Part shown: positions 63,135 to 64,000 of the stretch, piece by piece
How the letters are laid out: each line of letters begins with the position of its first letter
Position numbering within the stretch: position 1 is the first letter of the stretch
Source: an uncultured virus (IMG/VR IMGVR_UViG_3300005965_000003)
Taxonomy: Duplodnaviria > Heunggongvirae > Uroviricota > Caudoviricetes
Strand: one strand, 5' to 3'
DNA: 64,000 nucleotides
Virus record (IMG/VR): IMGVR_UViG_3300005965_000003
Program-made: the position numbers and the translations under genes
The notes under the pieces: model-generated
Told to the model about the DNA's origin: nothing
The model's database searches: none
The model's input: the letters and a program-made list of their open reading frames with translations, nothing else

Positions 63135-63221
63135 TTAGACTCACCCAAATAGTATGTTAATAAATGGACTCTCTTTATAGGGGCTTTGACCGGCCCCCTA
63201 TTTTATTAAAAGGAGTGATGG

Positions 63222-64000
63222 ATGTCAAACAAAACGAGGGAAGAAGTCCTCAATATCTTTGAGGATCGCTTCAAGAGGCTTACGGGGTACAAGGGTCGTT
63301 TCGATCATTACCCTTTGATGAAGCATGAGCTCGATAGATTTGATACGGATAAAGACAAGTCTCGCTCGTTTGCTGAGGTATTCACTCCTCTGTACATCGT
63401 GGATGAGATGATAGGTACAGTAGAGAATGTGGGTGGTATGGATCAGGGTAATAAGTATCTTGATTTCTGTGCGGGTCATGGTCAGTTCTCTATTCGGATA
63501 CTCCGTATGCTTTATGAGAAGCATGGTGAGGAATTTGATATAGGGAGATACCTGAAGCAGAAACATTATTTCTGTGAGCTTCAGACTTCATCCTGCTACA
63601 AGTTGCTCTGGACTTTTTCCTCAAAGATCAATCTGGCTATTGGTGATGCTCTTCAGTTGGGGAAACTCCCTAAGAAGGCTCGTGGTATATGGGCTTACCT
63701 TGAGAGTATTGATAGCTGGATTGATGTATCGAATTTTACTCGTGCTTTGTTTGCAAAGACTGGCATGGGTAAGAATTATTCTGAGGAGAAAGAGCAAGAG
63801 TTTGTACGGATATATGATTCCTTTATCGGGTTTCTCAATGGTATTACGGAGGAAAAAAATATGTTGTCGAATATAAAGCAGATCATTGCCACGAAGGAGG
63901 GTCGGCAGAAGTTTCTGGAGATTATCAACGAGGCATCGGATGGTGTTGATCAGAACTGGCAGGACAAGGCTACACCTGAGTGGGTGGTACGGGAGATGGT
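63222..64000 (+). CDS. N6-adenine DNA methyltransferase-like protein, 3'-truncated by the window edge (absent from the ORF track)
   Basis: Open to the end; AEVFTPLYIVDEMI, YLDFCAGHGQF, CELQ, GDAL; second TPEWVVREM at the edge. Confidence 0.8.
   Translation, partial: MSNKTREEVLNIFEDRFKRLTGYKGRFDHYPLMKHELDRFDTDKDKSRSFAEVFTPLYIVDEMIGTVENVGGMDQGNKYLDFCAGHGQFSIRILRMLYEKHGEEFDIGRYLKQKHYFCELQTSSCYKLLWTFSSKINLAIGDALQLGKLPKKARGIWAYLESIDSWIDVSNFTRALFAKTGMGKNYSEEKEQEFVRIYDSFIGFLNGITEEKNMLSNIKQIIATKEGRQKFLEIINEASDGVDQNWQDKATPEWVVREM

Noticed and set aside
1..64000. tRNA/rRNA genes, alternative genetic code, core structural genes
   Set aside because: None recognised by eye; long ORFs are intact under code 11. 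A tRNA scan was not possible.

Overview
The window looks like a 64-kb segment of a large (jumbo/huge) bacteriophage genome, standard genetic code; this is inferred from gene content and density, and no capsid, terminase or portal gene is recognisable. 1-8.7 kb (+): a 5'-truncated TnpB-like RuvC gene, then nucleotide, cofactor and RNA-repair genes (NadR-like kinase, 5'-nucleotidase, two PNK/phosphatases, HNH-RNA ligase, an IS-scarred coaD-coaE locus, HD hydrolase, M50 protease). 8.7-22.6 kb (-): a probable late/virion block (2066- and 920-aa charged proteins, aldo-keto reductase, nucleotidase-SOD fusion) with its own upstream motif. 22.7-33.3 kb: small hypothetical and LRR-like genes. At ~33.3-33.95 kb a non-coding skew switch and three ~100-bp repeats open a GC-rich, all-plus-strand array of small genes. 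Its spacers (34-41.6 kb) hold a permuted twister ribozyme and three families of covarying pseudoknot/kissing-loop elements. From 47.39 to 59.15 kb the + strand carries over 50 copies of GGCTCTA plus two other repeated sites, ending at a hairpin and a second skew switch. RNase H and methyltransferase genes follow. No CRISPR array, tRNA or rRNA was seen. All counts and alignments were done by eye.
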